Below are positions 32,447 to 41,820 of a stretch of 64,000 bases of DNA, piece by piece. Below the pieces are notes generated by a model. It did no database searches. It had not been told where the DNA came from and worked only from the letters and a program-made list of their open reading frames with translations. Both the position numbers and the translations under genes were made by a program. The stretch covers positions 15,129 to 79,128 of the forward strand of contig CAYNPY010000002.1 in NCBI GenBank assembly GCA_964399195.1, given 5' to 3'. Every line of letters begins with the position of its first letter. Positions within the stretch are counted from its first letter, which is position 1. This DNA comes from an uncultured Fibrobacteraceae bacterium (GTDB taxonomy: Bacteria > Krumholzibacteriota > Krumholzibacteriia > LZORAL124-64-63).

Positions 32447-35400
32447 TCACGCCGCCGGCCGGCGCCGGCGCAACCAGCCGAACCGCAGCAGCCGGCCCGC
32501 CGCGGCGAAGCCGTCCTCGGTCAGCGCGGCCAGGGTCGGCAGCAGCACCGTCGTCAGGAAGGCGCTGACCAGCAGCCCCCCCATGATGACCAGCGCCATC
32601 GAATAGTAGTAGACGCCGCCCAGCGAGGGGCGCTGCACGACGATCGGCACCAGGCCGATCAGGGTGGTCAGCGCGGTCATGATGATGGGGCGCAGGCGTT
32701 CACGGCCGCCCAGCAGCATCGCCGCCTCGCGCGCCATGCCGCGGCGGCGGTACTGGTTGATGTGCTCGAGCATGACGATGCCGTTGTTGACCACGATGCC
32801 GATCAGCAGCAGCAGGCCGATGGCCGCGGGCTGGTCGAAGCCGGTGCCGGTCAGGTGGAGCGTCCAGAAGGCGCCCGCCAGGGCGAACGGCAGGGCGACC
32901 ATCAGCGCCACGGCCTGGCGCGCCGACTCGAACAGGCCGGCCATCACCGCGTAGACCAGGAGCAGGGCCAGCGCCAGGTTGACGCCGAATTCGCGCGACT
33001 GCTCGCGCTGGCGGTTCTGCCAGGCCCCGAAAGTCCAGCGGTAGCCGTAGGGGAACTCCATGCCGGCCAGCGCGGCCTCGATGCGCGGCATGAACTCCTC
33101 GCGCGTGCCGCCCTCGTAGCGCGCGTTCACCCAGACGCTGGTCAGCCGGTTGTCGCGTTCGATGTGCTCGCGGCCCGGGCGCTCGACGAAGTCGGCCACC
33201 GCGCCCAGGGGCACGCGGCCGCCCGCCGCCGGCCACAACGGCAGCTGCGCCAGCTGCTCGACGCTCTCCTCGGCGCGCTCGTCCAGCGTCAGTCGCATCT
33301 CGCGCTCGCCGTCGGGGGTGCGGAAGCGGCGCAGGCGCTGGCCGCGGTAGGTCAGGCCGACCACCTCGGCCACCTCGGTGGCGGGCAGCCCGAAACGAGC
33401 CGCCAGGTCGCGGTCGGGCTCGATATGCAGCTCCTGCCGGGCCTCGGCCCGCCGGGCCTGCGGCTCGACCAGCCCGGGCACCGCCTCCAGCCGCTCGACG
33501 GCCTCGTCGGCCAGCCGCATCAGGACCTCGGTGTCCTCGCCCACGATCTGGAAGGCCACGAAGTTGCCGCCGCCCCGCCCCCCGCGCCAGCCCTGGCGAC
33601 CTTCCTCGACCTGCAGCCGCACGCCGGCGACCTGAGGCAGCACCTCGCGCAGGCGCCGGCGCACCAGCGCGATGTTGTCCTCGCTGGCCTGGCCCTCCTT
33701 GAGGTAGACCCGCGTCATCACCCAGTTGTCGTTCCAGAAGCTGTAGAGCGACCGGGCCAGCAGGTGCTCGCGGTGGGGCTCCAGCGCCGCCTCCACCTTC
33801 GAGACCAGTTCCTGCTTGCGCTCGAGGCTCAGCTCCTCGCTGATGTCGTAGCGCAGCTGGACGAAGAGTTCGCTTTCGCTGGTGTCGAAATTCTTGTCCA
33901 CCTTCTGGAACGGGTAGACGGCCGAGACGACCACGACCAGGCCGGCCACCAGCGCCGCCCAGCGGCGGCGCAGGCTCCAGCCCAGCAGCCGCTCGTAGCG
34001 GGTCTCGAGCGCCGTGAGCCAGCGCTCGCGCGGCCGCGGCGCCGACCGGATGTAGCGCGACGTGGCCAGCGGAATGAGCGTCTGGCTGATGAACAGGGAG
34101 GCCAGCAGCGTCAGGCAGACCGTGACGCCCAGCTCCTTCAGGTAGATGTTCATCTCGCTGGGCTTGTTGAAGATCAGGGGCAGGAAGACGATCACCGAGG
34201 TCAGCGTGGCGGCCGTCACCGCCACGGCCACCTCGCGCGAGCCCTCGCGGGCGGCGGTGGCCGGGTCGGCGCCCAGCTCGCGGTGGCGGAAGATGTTCTC
34301 CATCACCACCACAGCGTTGTCCACCAGCATGCCGATGCCGACGATCAGCCCCAGCAGCGTCAGCGTGTTCAGGGAATGTCCCTGCGCCCAGACGACGCCG
34401 CAGGTGACCACCAGCGAGAAGGGGATGCACGCGACGGCGACCATGGTCGTGGATAGTCGCCGCAGGAAGAAGAACAGGACGACCGTGGCCAACACCGCGC
34501 CGAAGACGCCGGTGAAGGCCAGGTCGCGCAGGGTCTTGCGGATCTCGTCGCCCTGGCTGAACCAGACCAGGAAGTTGACTCCCTCCAGTTCGGGATCGTC
34601 CGCCATGCCGGCGATCACGCGCTGCAGCTCGTCGCAGACGGCCACGGTGTTGGCGCGTGCTTCCTGCGCCACGGTGACGCCCACCGCGAAGTCGCCGTCC
34701 AGGTGGCGGCCGTATTCCAGCGGCGGCTCCTCGTAGACGACTTCCGCGACGTCGCCCACGCGCAGGCCGTCCGCGCGCAGGGGCAGGCTGCGGATCGCCT
34801 CCACGTCGCCCAGGGTGCCCACCGTGCGGAGGGTCCAGCGCGCGTCGCCGCCGGACACGCGGCCCAGGGACTGGTCGAAGTTGCCGGCGCGCAGGGCGCG
34901 CGCCACCTCGCGCACGTCCACCCGGTGCCGCTCCAGGTCGTCCGTGCGCAGGTTCACCCGCACCTCGCGCGGGTTCACGCCGTCCAGGCGCACCTGCGCC
35001 ACGCCCGGCACGCGCTCGAGCGGCCTGATGATCTTTCGCTCGAGCAGGTCGTAGCTCTCGCTCAGGTCCCGCGGCGAGCTGAGCCGCCCCTCCAGCACCG
35101 GCATGTCGGCGTCGCGGGCGTCCCAGTTGGTGGACACCTGGATGTCGCCCAGGTCGTCCGGCAGCTCGCCGCGGATGCGGTCGAGCCGCTCCCAGACCTC
35201 GACTCTCGCCAGCTGCATGTCGGTGGCCCAGTCGAACTCCAGGCGCAGGCGCCCGCCGTCGGTGCCGCAGCTGGACCACAGGCTGCGCAGGCCGCGCACC
35301 GAGCCGACCGCGTCCTCGACCGGCCGCACCACCATGCGCTCGACCTGCTCGGGCGAGGCGCTGTCCCAGGGCAGGTGGATGAACAGCTGCGGCTGCTCGA

Positions 35401-35536
35401 CCTCCGGCATGAAGGCCAGCGGCAGGCGGGTCAGCGCCACCGCGCCTAGGACGACCAGGCTGACCAGGACCGTCAGCGCCGTCACCGGGCGCCGGATGGC
35501 CAGTTCGGGCAGGCTGAAGCCGCGCCGCTCGTCCAT
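32447..35536 (-). CDS. RND efflux permease (second of a tandem pair; MdtC-like position)
   Basis: Uses the internal ATG 35534-35536 of ORF 32447-38326, giving 1029 aa. Matching strings are LAIRRPVTALTVLVSLVVLG, LLGLIVGIGMLVDNAVVVMENI and LLLLIGIVVNNGIVMLEHI. The product has the 12-TM AcrB-like architecture. Confidence 0.9.
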   Translation of the reverse strand: MDERRGFSLPELAIRRPVTALTVLVSLVVLGAVALTRLPLAFMPEVEQPQLFIHLPWDSASPEQVERMVVRPVEDAVGSVRGLRSLWSSCGTDGGRLRLEFDWATDMQLARVEVWERLDRIRGELPDDLGDIQVSTNWDARDADMPVLEGRLSSPRDLSESYDLLERKIIRPLERVPGVAQVRLDGVNPREVRVNLRTDDLERHRVDVREVARALRAGNFDQSLGRVSGGDARWTLRTVGTLGDVEAIRSLPLRADGLRVGDVAEVVYEEPPLEYGRHLDGDFAVGVTVAQEARANTVAVCDELQRVIAGMADDPELEGVNFLVWFSQGDEIRKTLRDLAFTGVFGAVLATVVLFFFLRRLSTTMVAVACIPFSLVVTCGVVWAQGHSLNTLTLLGLIVGIGMLVDNAVVVMENIFRHRELGADPATAAREGSREVAVAVTAATLTSVIVFLPLIFNKPSEMNIYLKELGVTVCLTLLASLFISQTLIPLATSRYIRSAPRPRERWLTALETRYERLLGWSLRRRWAALVAGLVVVVSAVYPFQKVDKNFDTSESELFVQLRYDISEELSLERKQELVSKVEAALEPHREHLLARSLYSFWNDNWVMTRVYLKEGQASEDNIALVRRRLREVLPQVAGVRLQVEEGRQGWRGGRGGGNFVAFQIVGEDTEVLMRLADEAVERLEAVPGLVEPQARRAEARQELHIEPDRDLAARFGLPATEVAEVVGLTYRGQRLRRFRTPDGEREMRLTLDERAEESVEQLAQLPLWPAAGGRVPLGAVADFVERPGREHIERDNRLTSVWVNARYEGGTREEFMPRIEAALAGMEFPYGYRWTFGAWQNRQREQSREFGVNLALALLLVYAVMAGLFESARQAVALMVALPFALAGAFWTLHLTGTGFDQPAAIGLLLLIGIVVNNGIVMLEHINQYRRRGMAREAAMLLGGRERLRPIIMTALTTLIGLVPIVVQRPSLGGVYYYSMALVIMGGLLVSAFLTTVLLPTLAALTEDGFAAAGRLLRFGWLRRRRPAA

Positions 35537-35538
35537 GC

Positions 35539-38500
35539 TCAGCCCCCCGCCTCGTCGTCGCGCCCCGGCAGGAGCGCGTACACGGCCGGGATCACGATCA
35601 GGGTCAGCAGCGTGCTGAGCGACAGCCCGCAGGCCACCGTGATCGCCAGCGGCGCCCGCAGTTCGGCGCCCTCGCCCGCGGCCACGGCCATCGGCAGCAG
35701 GCCCAGCACCGTGGTCAGCGTGGTCATCAGGATCGGGCGCAGGCGCAGGTGCCCCGCGCGGACCAGCGCCGCCTCGCGCGGCAGGCCCTCCTCGCGGCGC
35801 AGGCGGTTGACCGTGTCGATCAGCACGATCGCGTTGTTGACGACGATGCCGGTCAGCATCACGGCGCCGATCAGGACGATCACGGTCACCGTCGTGCCGG
35901 TGGCCAGCAGGCCGCCGACGACGCCGACCAGCGCCAGCGGGATCGTGAACAGCACGATGAACGGGTGGACGAAGGACTCGAACGTGGCGGCCATGACCAG
36001 GTAGACCAGGAACACGGCCAGGCCCATCGCGAACAGCAGGCTGTCGAAGCTGGTGCGCATCTCGGCGTCCTGGCCGCCCAGCTCGGTCACCAGCCCGCGC
36101 GGCGGCGGGAAGGCCCGCAGCACCGCCTGCACGTCGGCGATCGCGGCGCCCAGGGCGCGGCCCTCGAGGCTGGCCGAGACGACGGCCGCGCGCTGCTGCT
36201 TGAGGCGGTGGATCTCCGCCGGGCCGCGCGCCTCGCGCACGTCCGCGACCGCCAGCAGGCGCAGCGGCGCGCCGCCGGGCCCGGGCAGCACCAGGTTGCG
36301 GACGTCCTCGAGCGAGCGCCGGTCCTCCTCGCGGTTGCGCAGGCGCACGTCGATCTGCCGGTCCGCCTCCTTGTAGCGCGTGGGCACCACGCCCAGCACG
36401 CGGCCGCGGAGCGTCTCCGACAGCACGCCCATGTCCAGCCCCAGCGCGGCCAGCCGCTCGCGGTCGAAGACCACCTGCAGCTCGGGGTTGCCCGCCTCCA
36501 GCGAAGAGCGCACGTCCGCCAGGCCCGGCACGGCGGCCAGCCGGCGGCCCAGGTCCAGCGAGTAGGCGCGCAACTGCTCGAGATCCTCGCCGAAGATGAC
36601 CACCTCGACCGGCGTCTTGAGGCTGAAGTAGCTGGGCCGGCCGAACTTCACCTCCACGTCGGGCAACCCGGCGAAGCCGGCGCGCAGGCGCTCGACGACG
36701 GCGGCCTCGCCGGCATCGTCGGCGCGGTCGCGCATCACCAGGTTCAGCTGCCCCAGGTTCTCGGCGCGCGTGACGAGCGACATGCCCCCGGCCGCCAGGC
36801 GGCTGCCGACGGTGGCGTACTGCCGGTCCAGGACCGGCTCGGCCGCGGCGACGCGTTCCATCGCCTGCAGCGTGCGGTCGGTCGCCGCCAGCGAGGCGCC
36901 CTCCGGCAGCTTGACCTCGAAGTGGAACTCGCCCTCGCTGAGCTCCGGGATCAACTCGGTGTCCAGGAAGCGCATCCCCCAGACCGAGGCCGCGAGCAGC
37001 CCGAACGCCACCGCCACGGTCAGGCCGCGGCGGCGCAGGGCCGCCCGCAGCGCGCGGCCGTAGGCCGCCGAGAGCCAGCCGAGGGTGGCCGGCTCGCCGC
37101 CGTTCGCGGCGACCGCCGGCGCGGCCTGGTCCTCGCCGCGGCGCGGCAGGCGGGCGCCCAGCGCGCTCAGCATCGGGATCAGGGTCACCGCCACCAGCAG
37201 CGAGGCGAGCAGGCTGATCGTGACCGTCAGCGCCTGGTCCTTGAACAGCTGGCCGGCCACGCCCTCGACGAAGACGATGGGCAGGAAGACGGCGACCGTC
37301 GTCAACGTGGAGGCGGTGACGGCCGGCCCCATCTCGGCGGCGCCGTCGACGACGGCGCGGAAGAGCGACAACCCCTGCTGCCGCTTCTGGTGGATCGACT
37401 CCAGCACCACGATCGAGTTGTCGACCAGCATGCCGATGCCCAGCGTCAGGCCGCCCAGGGACATCACGTTCAGCGAGATGTCCAGGCGGTACATCGCCAC
37501 GAAGGTGGCGATGACGGAGATGGGGATCGAGGCGCCGACGATGAGCGTGCTGCGCAGGTCGCGCAGGAACAGGAACAGCACCGCCACCGCCAGCAGGCCG
37601 CCGACTAACGCGGCGTCGCGGACGCCGTCGACCGCCTGCCGGATGAACGTCGACTGGTCGAAGAGGACGGTCAGCTCGTAACCTGGCGGGAGCTTGCCGT
37701 CCTGCCAGGCCGCGATGCGCTCGCGCAGCCGCGCCACGGTGCCGACCGTGTTGGCGTCGCCCTCCTTGTAGACGGCGATCTCGACCGACTCGCGGCCGTT
37801 CACCCGGGTGATCTCCTCGCGCTCGCGAGCGCCGCGGCGGACCGTCGCCACCTCCTTCAGGCGCACGGGCGCCTCGCCCGGAAGGCTGACGATCAGGTCG
37901 CCGATCTCCTCGACGTTGTCGAACTCGTTGATCGTGCGGACCAGGAACTGGCTGTCGCGTCCGCGCAACGCGCCGCCCGGCAGGTTCACGTTGCCGACGC
38001 CCACCACCTGGCGCAGCCGGTCCAGCGGGATGCCGAGCGCGGCCAGGCGCTCCTGGTCGACCTCGACCTGGATCTCCTCCTCCAGACCGCCCTTGATGCC
38101 GGCGGCGGCGACGCCCTTGACGGTCTCGAGGTCCTGCTTGATCTGGCGTTCGGCCAGGCGGCGCTGCGCCGCGAGGTCGCCCGGGCCGGTCAGCGCCAGC
38201 CGCACGACCGGATCCAGCGCCGGATCGAAGCGCAGCACGACCGGATCGAGAGCCTCCTCGGGCAGCACCAGGCGGTCCAGCTTCTCGCGCACCTCCATCG
38301 CGAGCTGGTCCATGTCGGCGCCCCACTCGAACTCGAGGATGACCTCCGATTGGCCCGGGCGCGAGACGGAGTGGATGGACTGCAGGCCGCGCAGCACGCC
38401 CACGGCCTCCTCGACCGGCCGCGTGACGAGGTTCTCGACCTCCTGCGGCGCCGTGTCCGGGAACGAGGTCTGCACGGTGATCGAGGGGTAGCTGATCTCG

Positions 38501-38616
38501 GGGAACAGCTCCAGCGACAGGCGGCTGTAGCCTACGATGCCGAAGGCGATCACCGCCAGCGAGGCCATCACGACGCTGACGCGGCGGCGGACCGCGAGTT
38601 CGACCAGCGCGCGCAT
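35539..38616 (-). CDS. RND efflux permease (first of a tandem pair; MdtB-like position)
   Basis: 1025 aa from ATG 38614-38616 (the track starts at TTG 38619). It overlaps the MFP stop by 1 nt. Matching strings are LAVRRRVSVVMASLAVIAFG, GGLTLGIGMLVDNSIVVLESI and VLIGAVMLTGIVVNNAIVLIDTV. Confidence 0.9.
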   Translation of the reverse strand: MRALVELAVRRRVSVVMASLAVIAFGIVGYSRLSLELFPEISYPSITVQTSFPDTAPQEVENLVTRPVEEAVGVLRGLQSIHSVSRPGQSEVILEFEWGADMDQLAMEVREKLDRLVLPEEALDPVVLRFDPALDPVVRLALTGPGDLAAQRRLAERQIKQDLETVKGVAAAGIKGGLEEEIQVEVDQERLAALGIPLDRLRQVVGVGNVNLPGGALRGRDSQFLVRTINEFDNVEEIGDLIVSLPGEAPVRLKEVATVRRGAREREEITRVNGRESVEIAVYKEGDANTVGTVARLRERIAAWQDGKLPPGYELTVLFDQSTFIRQAVDGVRDAALVGGLLAVAVLFLFLRDLRSTLIVGASIPISVIATFVAMYRLDISLNVMSLGGLTLGIGMLVDNSIVVLESIHQKRQQGLSLFRAVVDGAAEMGPAVTASTLTTVAVFLPIVFVEGVAGQLFKDQALTVTISLLASLLVAVTLIPMLSALGARLPRRGEDQAAPAVAANGGEPATLGWLSAAYGRALRAALRRRGLTVAVAFGLLAASVWGMRFLDTELIPELSEGEFHFEVKLPEGASLAATDRTLQAMERVAAAEPVLDRQYATVGSRLAAGGMSLVTRAENLGQLNLVMRDRADDAGEAAVVERLRAGFAGLPDVEVKFGRPSYFSLKTPVEVVIFGEDLEQLRAYSLDLGRRLAAVPGLADVRSSLEAGNPELQVVFDRERLAALGLDMGVLSETLRGRVLGVVPTRYKEADRQIDVRLRNREEDRRSLEDVRNLVLPGPGGAPLRLLAVADVREARGPAEIHRLKQQRAAVVSASLEGRALGAAIADVQAVLRAFPPPRGLVTELGGQDAEMRTSFDSLLFAMGLAVFLVYLVMAATFESFVHPFIVLFTIPLALVGVVGGLLATGTTVTVIVLIGAVMLTGIVVNNAIVLIDTVNRLRREEGLPREAALVRAGHLRLRPILMTTLTTVLGLLPMAVAAGEGAELRAPLAITVACGLSLSTLLTLIVIPAVYALLPGRDDEAGG

Positions 38617-39767
38617 CAACGGGCGGCCGCGGTCGCCGGCGCGGGCGCGACGGGGACGACGGCGTCGGCGGCCAGGATCCGCACCGCGGCGCCGTGCTTG
38701 AGCGAGCGCTGGCCGCGCACGACGACCTGCTCGCCCGCCGCCAGGCCGGCCGTGATCTCCGTGCGCGCGTCGTCGCTGAATCCCGTGGTCACGACCCGGC
38801 GCTCGGCCGTCGGGCCGCCCTCGCCCTCCGCGGGCGGGACCACGTAGACGACGGATTCTCCCTTGTCCGCGAGCACGGACTCGCGCGGCACCAGCACCAC
38901 GCCCTCGCGGCGCTCGGTGACGACCTTGACCTGCGCGAAATCTCCGGGTCGCGTGCCGGGCGGGTAGCGGTCGACCTCGATGGTCAGTTTGATCGTGCCG
39001 CTGGCGGGGTCGATGACCGGGCTGATGAGCTTGATGCGGCCGTCCAGGCGGGAGCCGTCGCTGTCGAGCACCAGCGCGACCGGCTGGTCCGCCTGCAGGC
39101 GCGCGAATTCCTTCGCCGGCACGTGCACGCGCCCGAGCAGCGGCTGGAAGTCGGCCAGCGCGAACAGCTCGGTGCCGACGGAGAGGTTCTGGCCGGGACT
39201 GACGCGGCGCGCCGTGACGCGGCCGCTGAACGGCGCCGTGACGGTGGTGTACGAGAGGTTCAGGCGCGCCAGGCCCTCGTCCGCCTCGGCGCTGGCCAGT
39301 TCGGCCCGCGCGGCCTGGAACTCCTCCTCGGTCGCCAGCTGGCCGGCCACCATCGCCTCGAGGCGCTCGAAGCGCGCGCGCAGGTTGGCCGTCCGCGCCT
39401 CGGCCTGCGCCAGGCGCAGGCGGTACTCGTCGTTGGCGACCACCAGCAGCGCCTGGCCCTGGCGCACGTCATCGCCCTCCTCGGCCAGGAGGCGCTCGAC
39501 GACGCCGGTCACGCGCGCCAGGACGACCGCCTCCTTCTCGGCCTCGAGCGTGGCGGTGGCCTGGTAGTGCCGGGCGATGTCGCCGACCGCTGCCGCTTCC
39601 ACCGCCACGGGCAGGGCCTGCTCCGGCGGCGCGGCGGGCGCGCCGCCGGCGGGCGTGGCGGCGGCGCCGTCCTTGCGGCCGCAGCCGGCGGCCGAGGTCA
39701 GCAGCAGAATCAGCAGGAGCAGCGCGCCGGCGGCGGCGGGCGCGCGGGTGCGGACCGCAGGAACCAT
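38616..39767 (-). CDS. RND periplasmic adaptor (membrane fusion protein), lipoprotein
   Basis: 383 aa with a lipobox (LLLTSAAGC). The biotinyl-lipoyl-like segment is VLARVTGVVERLLAEEGDDVRQGQALLVV. It also has a coiled-coil hairpin, VTAPFSGRVTARRVSPGQ, and a beta-barrel/MPD region. Confidence 0.85.
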   Translation of the reverse strand: MVPAVRTRAPAAAGALLLLILLLTSAAGCGRKDGAAATPAGGAPAAPPEQALPVAVEAAAVGDIARHYQATATLEAEKEAVVLARVTGVVERLLAEEGDDVRQGQALLVVANDEYRLRLAQAEARTANLRARFERLEAMVAGQLATEEEFQAARAELASAEADEGLARLNLSYTTVTAPFSGRVTARRVSPGQNLSVGTELFALADFQPLLGRVHVPAKEFARLQADQPVALVLDSDGSRLDGRIKLISPVIDPASGTIKLTIEVDRYPPGTRPGDFAQVKVVTERREGVVLVPRESVLADKGESVVYVVPPAEGEGGPTAERRVVTTGFSDDARTEITAGLAAGEQVVVRGQRSLKHGAAVRILAADAVVPVAPAPATAAAR

Positions 39768-39904
39768 CAGGGGTCGCTTCCCTTCAGAAGGTGCGGGGAC
39801 GTGCCGGGTGGCGATGAAAGCCGTTACTACGTCGCGGACGCCGCCCGGGTTGCGGTCGCAGGGCGGCGGTCGGGACGGTGCGCCCGCCGGGGCGGCCCGT
39901 CGGC

Positions 39905-41002
39905 TCAGGCCCCAGGGTAGTCGCGGTCGAGGACCCGCCGCCAGATCAGGCGGTGGTCCTCCTCGGCGGGGCTGGCCAGCAGCAGCGTGTCCGCGTCCCC
40001 CTCGGCCGCCGGCGTGCGGGCCTGCAGCAGGGACTCCTCACCGAGGGCCAGGAAGTCGGCGCGCGTCCAGGGGTGGTAGCGGTGCCAGAAGCCGCAGTGC
40101 CAGAGAAAGAAGCGTTCGACGCGGCCGAGCCCCTTGGCGTCGTCGCCGAAGTGCTCGCAGGCCAGGTCGACGAAGCGGCGCAGCAGGGCCCAGCGCTCGG
40201 CCGGAGTCGGGCACCACGGCTCGCCCGCGAGCAGTTCGCGGAAGATCCACGGCTTGATCAGGGCGCCGCGGGCGATCAGGAACGACCGCACGCGCGTCTG
40301 CTCCCGGCGCCGCTGCAGATCCCAGGGCGTCAGGATGTCGCCGTTTCCGAGCACGGGGATCGCCACCGCCGCCGCGGCCTCGTCGATCAGCTCCCAGCGC
40401 GCGCTCTGGCGGTAGCGTTGGGCGCGCGTGCGCCCGTGGATGCCCAGGGCGTCGGCGCCGGCCCCTTCGCAGCGCCGCGCCAGGTCCACGACATTGAGCT
40501 TGTCCTCGCTGTAGCCCAGCCGCAGCTTGACCGACAGGGGCAGCGTCACCGCGGCGCGCACGGCGCCGACGATCTCCGCCAGCTTCGCCGGCCGCTGCAG
40601 CAGCGCGGCGCCGGAGCCGCGCTTGACGATCAGGTCGATCGGGCAGCCGAAATTGAGGTCGATGAAGCGGGCGCCGGCGTCGGCGGCCAGCCGCGCGCCC
40701 TCGGCCATCGCCTCGGGGTGCTTCCCGGCCAGCTGGACCCCGAAGGCGTCCTCCTCCGGGTGGTGTCGCAGGAGCGGCTTCTCGCCGCCGGCCACCAGCT
40801 TGTGAGCCAGCACCATTTCGCTGCAAGTCAGCTGCGCGCCGAATGAACGGCAGAGGCGGCGGTAGGGCAGGTTGCCGCCCATGGCCATCGGCGAAAGCGC
40901 CAGAACGTTGCGGAACAGGTCGCTGCCCGTCCCGGCGCCTGGACGCTCGTTCTGGCGCTCTTCCTGCGGGCCGCGGCCCCCGTCGCTGCCGGCCGCGCTC
41001 AC
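39905..41002 (-). CDS. tRNA-dihydrouridine synthase family protein
   Basis: 365 aa from a GTG start (uncertain). Matching strings are LSPMAMGGNLPYRRLC, FIDLNFGCPIDLIVKRGSGAALL, SVKLRLG, LGIHGRTRAQRY and IPVLGNGDI. A ~110-aa C-terminal extension follows. Confidence 0.75.
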   Translation of the reverse strand: MSAAGSDGGRGPQEERQNERPGAGTGSDLFRNVLALSPMAMGGNLPYRRLCRSFGAQLTCSEMVLAHKLVAGGEKPLLRHHPEEDAFGVQLAGKHPEAMAEGARLAADAGARFIDLNFGCPIDLIVKRGSGAALLQRPAKLAEIVGAVRAAVTLPLSVKLRLGYSEDKLNVVDLARRCEGAGADALGIHGRTRAQRYRQSARWELIDEAAAAVAIPVLGNGDILTPWDLQRRREQTRVRSFLIARGALIKPWIFRELLAGEPWCPTPAERWALLRRFVDLACEHFGDDAKGLGRVERFFLWHCGFWHRYHPWTRADFLALGEESLLQARTPAAEGDADTLLLASPAEEDHRLIWRRVLDRDYPGA

Positions 41003-41006
41003 GGAC

Positions 41007-41540
41007 CTAGCCGCCGTCCAGCATCGGGTTGCCGTCGAAGCCGGCGAAGCCCTCGGGGTCGGCCAGGTAATCGTACGTGTTCTTCAGCAGCGCGTAATGG
41101 TTGCGCTCCTCGGCGGCCAGGTGGGCGAAGATGCCCTTGGCGCGCGGGCTGGTCACCTTGGCGGCGGCGCCGTCGTACAGCGCGAAGCCGCGCCGCTCGA
41201 CCTCCATTGCGCCCTTGAGGATCTCGAGTTCCTCGGGCAGGTAGTCGTAAGGGTCGTGCGCGGCAGCCAACGCCGTGTCGAAGATGCGCCGCACGTCGAC
41301 GATGTGGTCGTCGTCGACGTCAGGCAGCACGTCGAGGTTGCGCTCGCGCAGCAGGTCCTCGCGCATGCGCACCAGGTGCGCCTTGTGCCCGGCCTCGTCC
41401 TTGGCCAGCGAGTTGAACAGGTTGCGCTCGAACGTGGTCGGCGCCTTCTCGGCCCGGTTCTGGAAGAAAGCCATGCCCTCTTCCTCGAAGGCGATGGCCT
41501 TCTCCAGGATCTCCACGCACAGCCTCAGGTCGTCGCTCAT
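41007..41540 (-). CDS. Ferritin-like/rubrerythrin-type diiron four-helix-bundle protein
   Basis: Uses the internal ATG 41538-41540 of ORF 41007-41609 with GGAGGAG upstream, giving 177 aa. Two E...ExxH pairs are present: FEEEGMAFF...AKDEAGHKAHL and MEVERRGFALY...AAEERNHYALL. Confidence 0.75.
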   Translation of the reverse strand: MSDDLRLCVEILEKAIAFEEEGMAFFQNRAEKAPTTFERNLFNSLAKDEAGHKAHLVRMREDLLRERNLDVLPDVDDDHIVDVRRIFDTALAAAHDPYDYLPEELEILKGAMEVERRGFALYDGAAAKVTSPRAKGIFAHLAAEERNHYALLKNTYDYLADPEGFAGFDGNPMLDGG

Positions 41541-41637
41541 GGGGCTCCTCCAGTCGTTCCCGGTCGTTGCGGTCCGGGCAATGGTAATCACGCGGGGTGC
41601 GAATGCCATGAAAAATCAGGCCCCCCGCAGCAACCTG

Positions 41638-41666
41638 TTGAAAAAAGGCCAGGGGCCTGCTAGGCT
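41638..41666 (+). promoter_or_regulatory. Candidate sigma70-type promoter of citrate synthase
   Basis: TTGAAA (41638-41643), a 17-nt spacer containing GGCC-AGG-GGCC, then TAGGCT (41661-41666). This would give a ~155-nt leader. Confidence 0.3.
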
Positions 41667-41720
41667 GCCCTCCGGGTCGTTCCGCACTGTTACAAGTGCA
41701 ATGAACTCCTGATTTTAGCG

Positions 41721-41760
41721 GACCCGGCGCAGGCGGCGGTCGAACGCCCGGCGCCGGGTC
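41721..41760 (+). other. 40-nt hairpin in the citrate synthase leader
   Basis: GACCCGGCGC (41721-41730) is the exact complement of GCGCCGGGTC (41751-41760). An inner GGCG/CGCC pair is also present. No U tract follows. Confidence 0.4.
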
Positions 41761-41820
41761 GCCGAACGGTAATTCCAGCCTGCCGCCCGCCCCCACGACG
41801 GCGCGGTCCCACAGGAGGGC

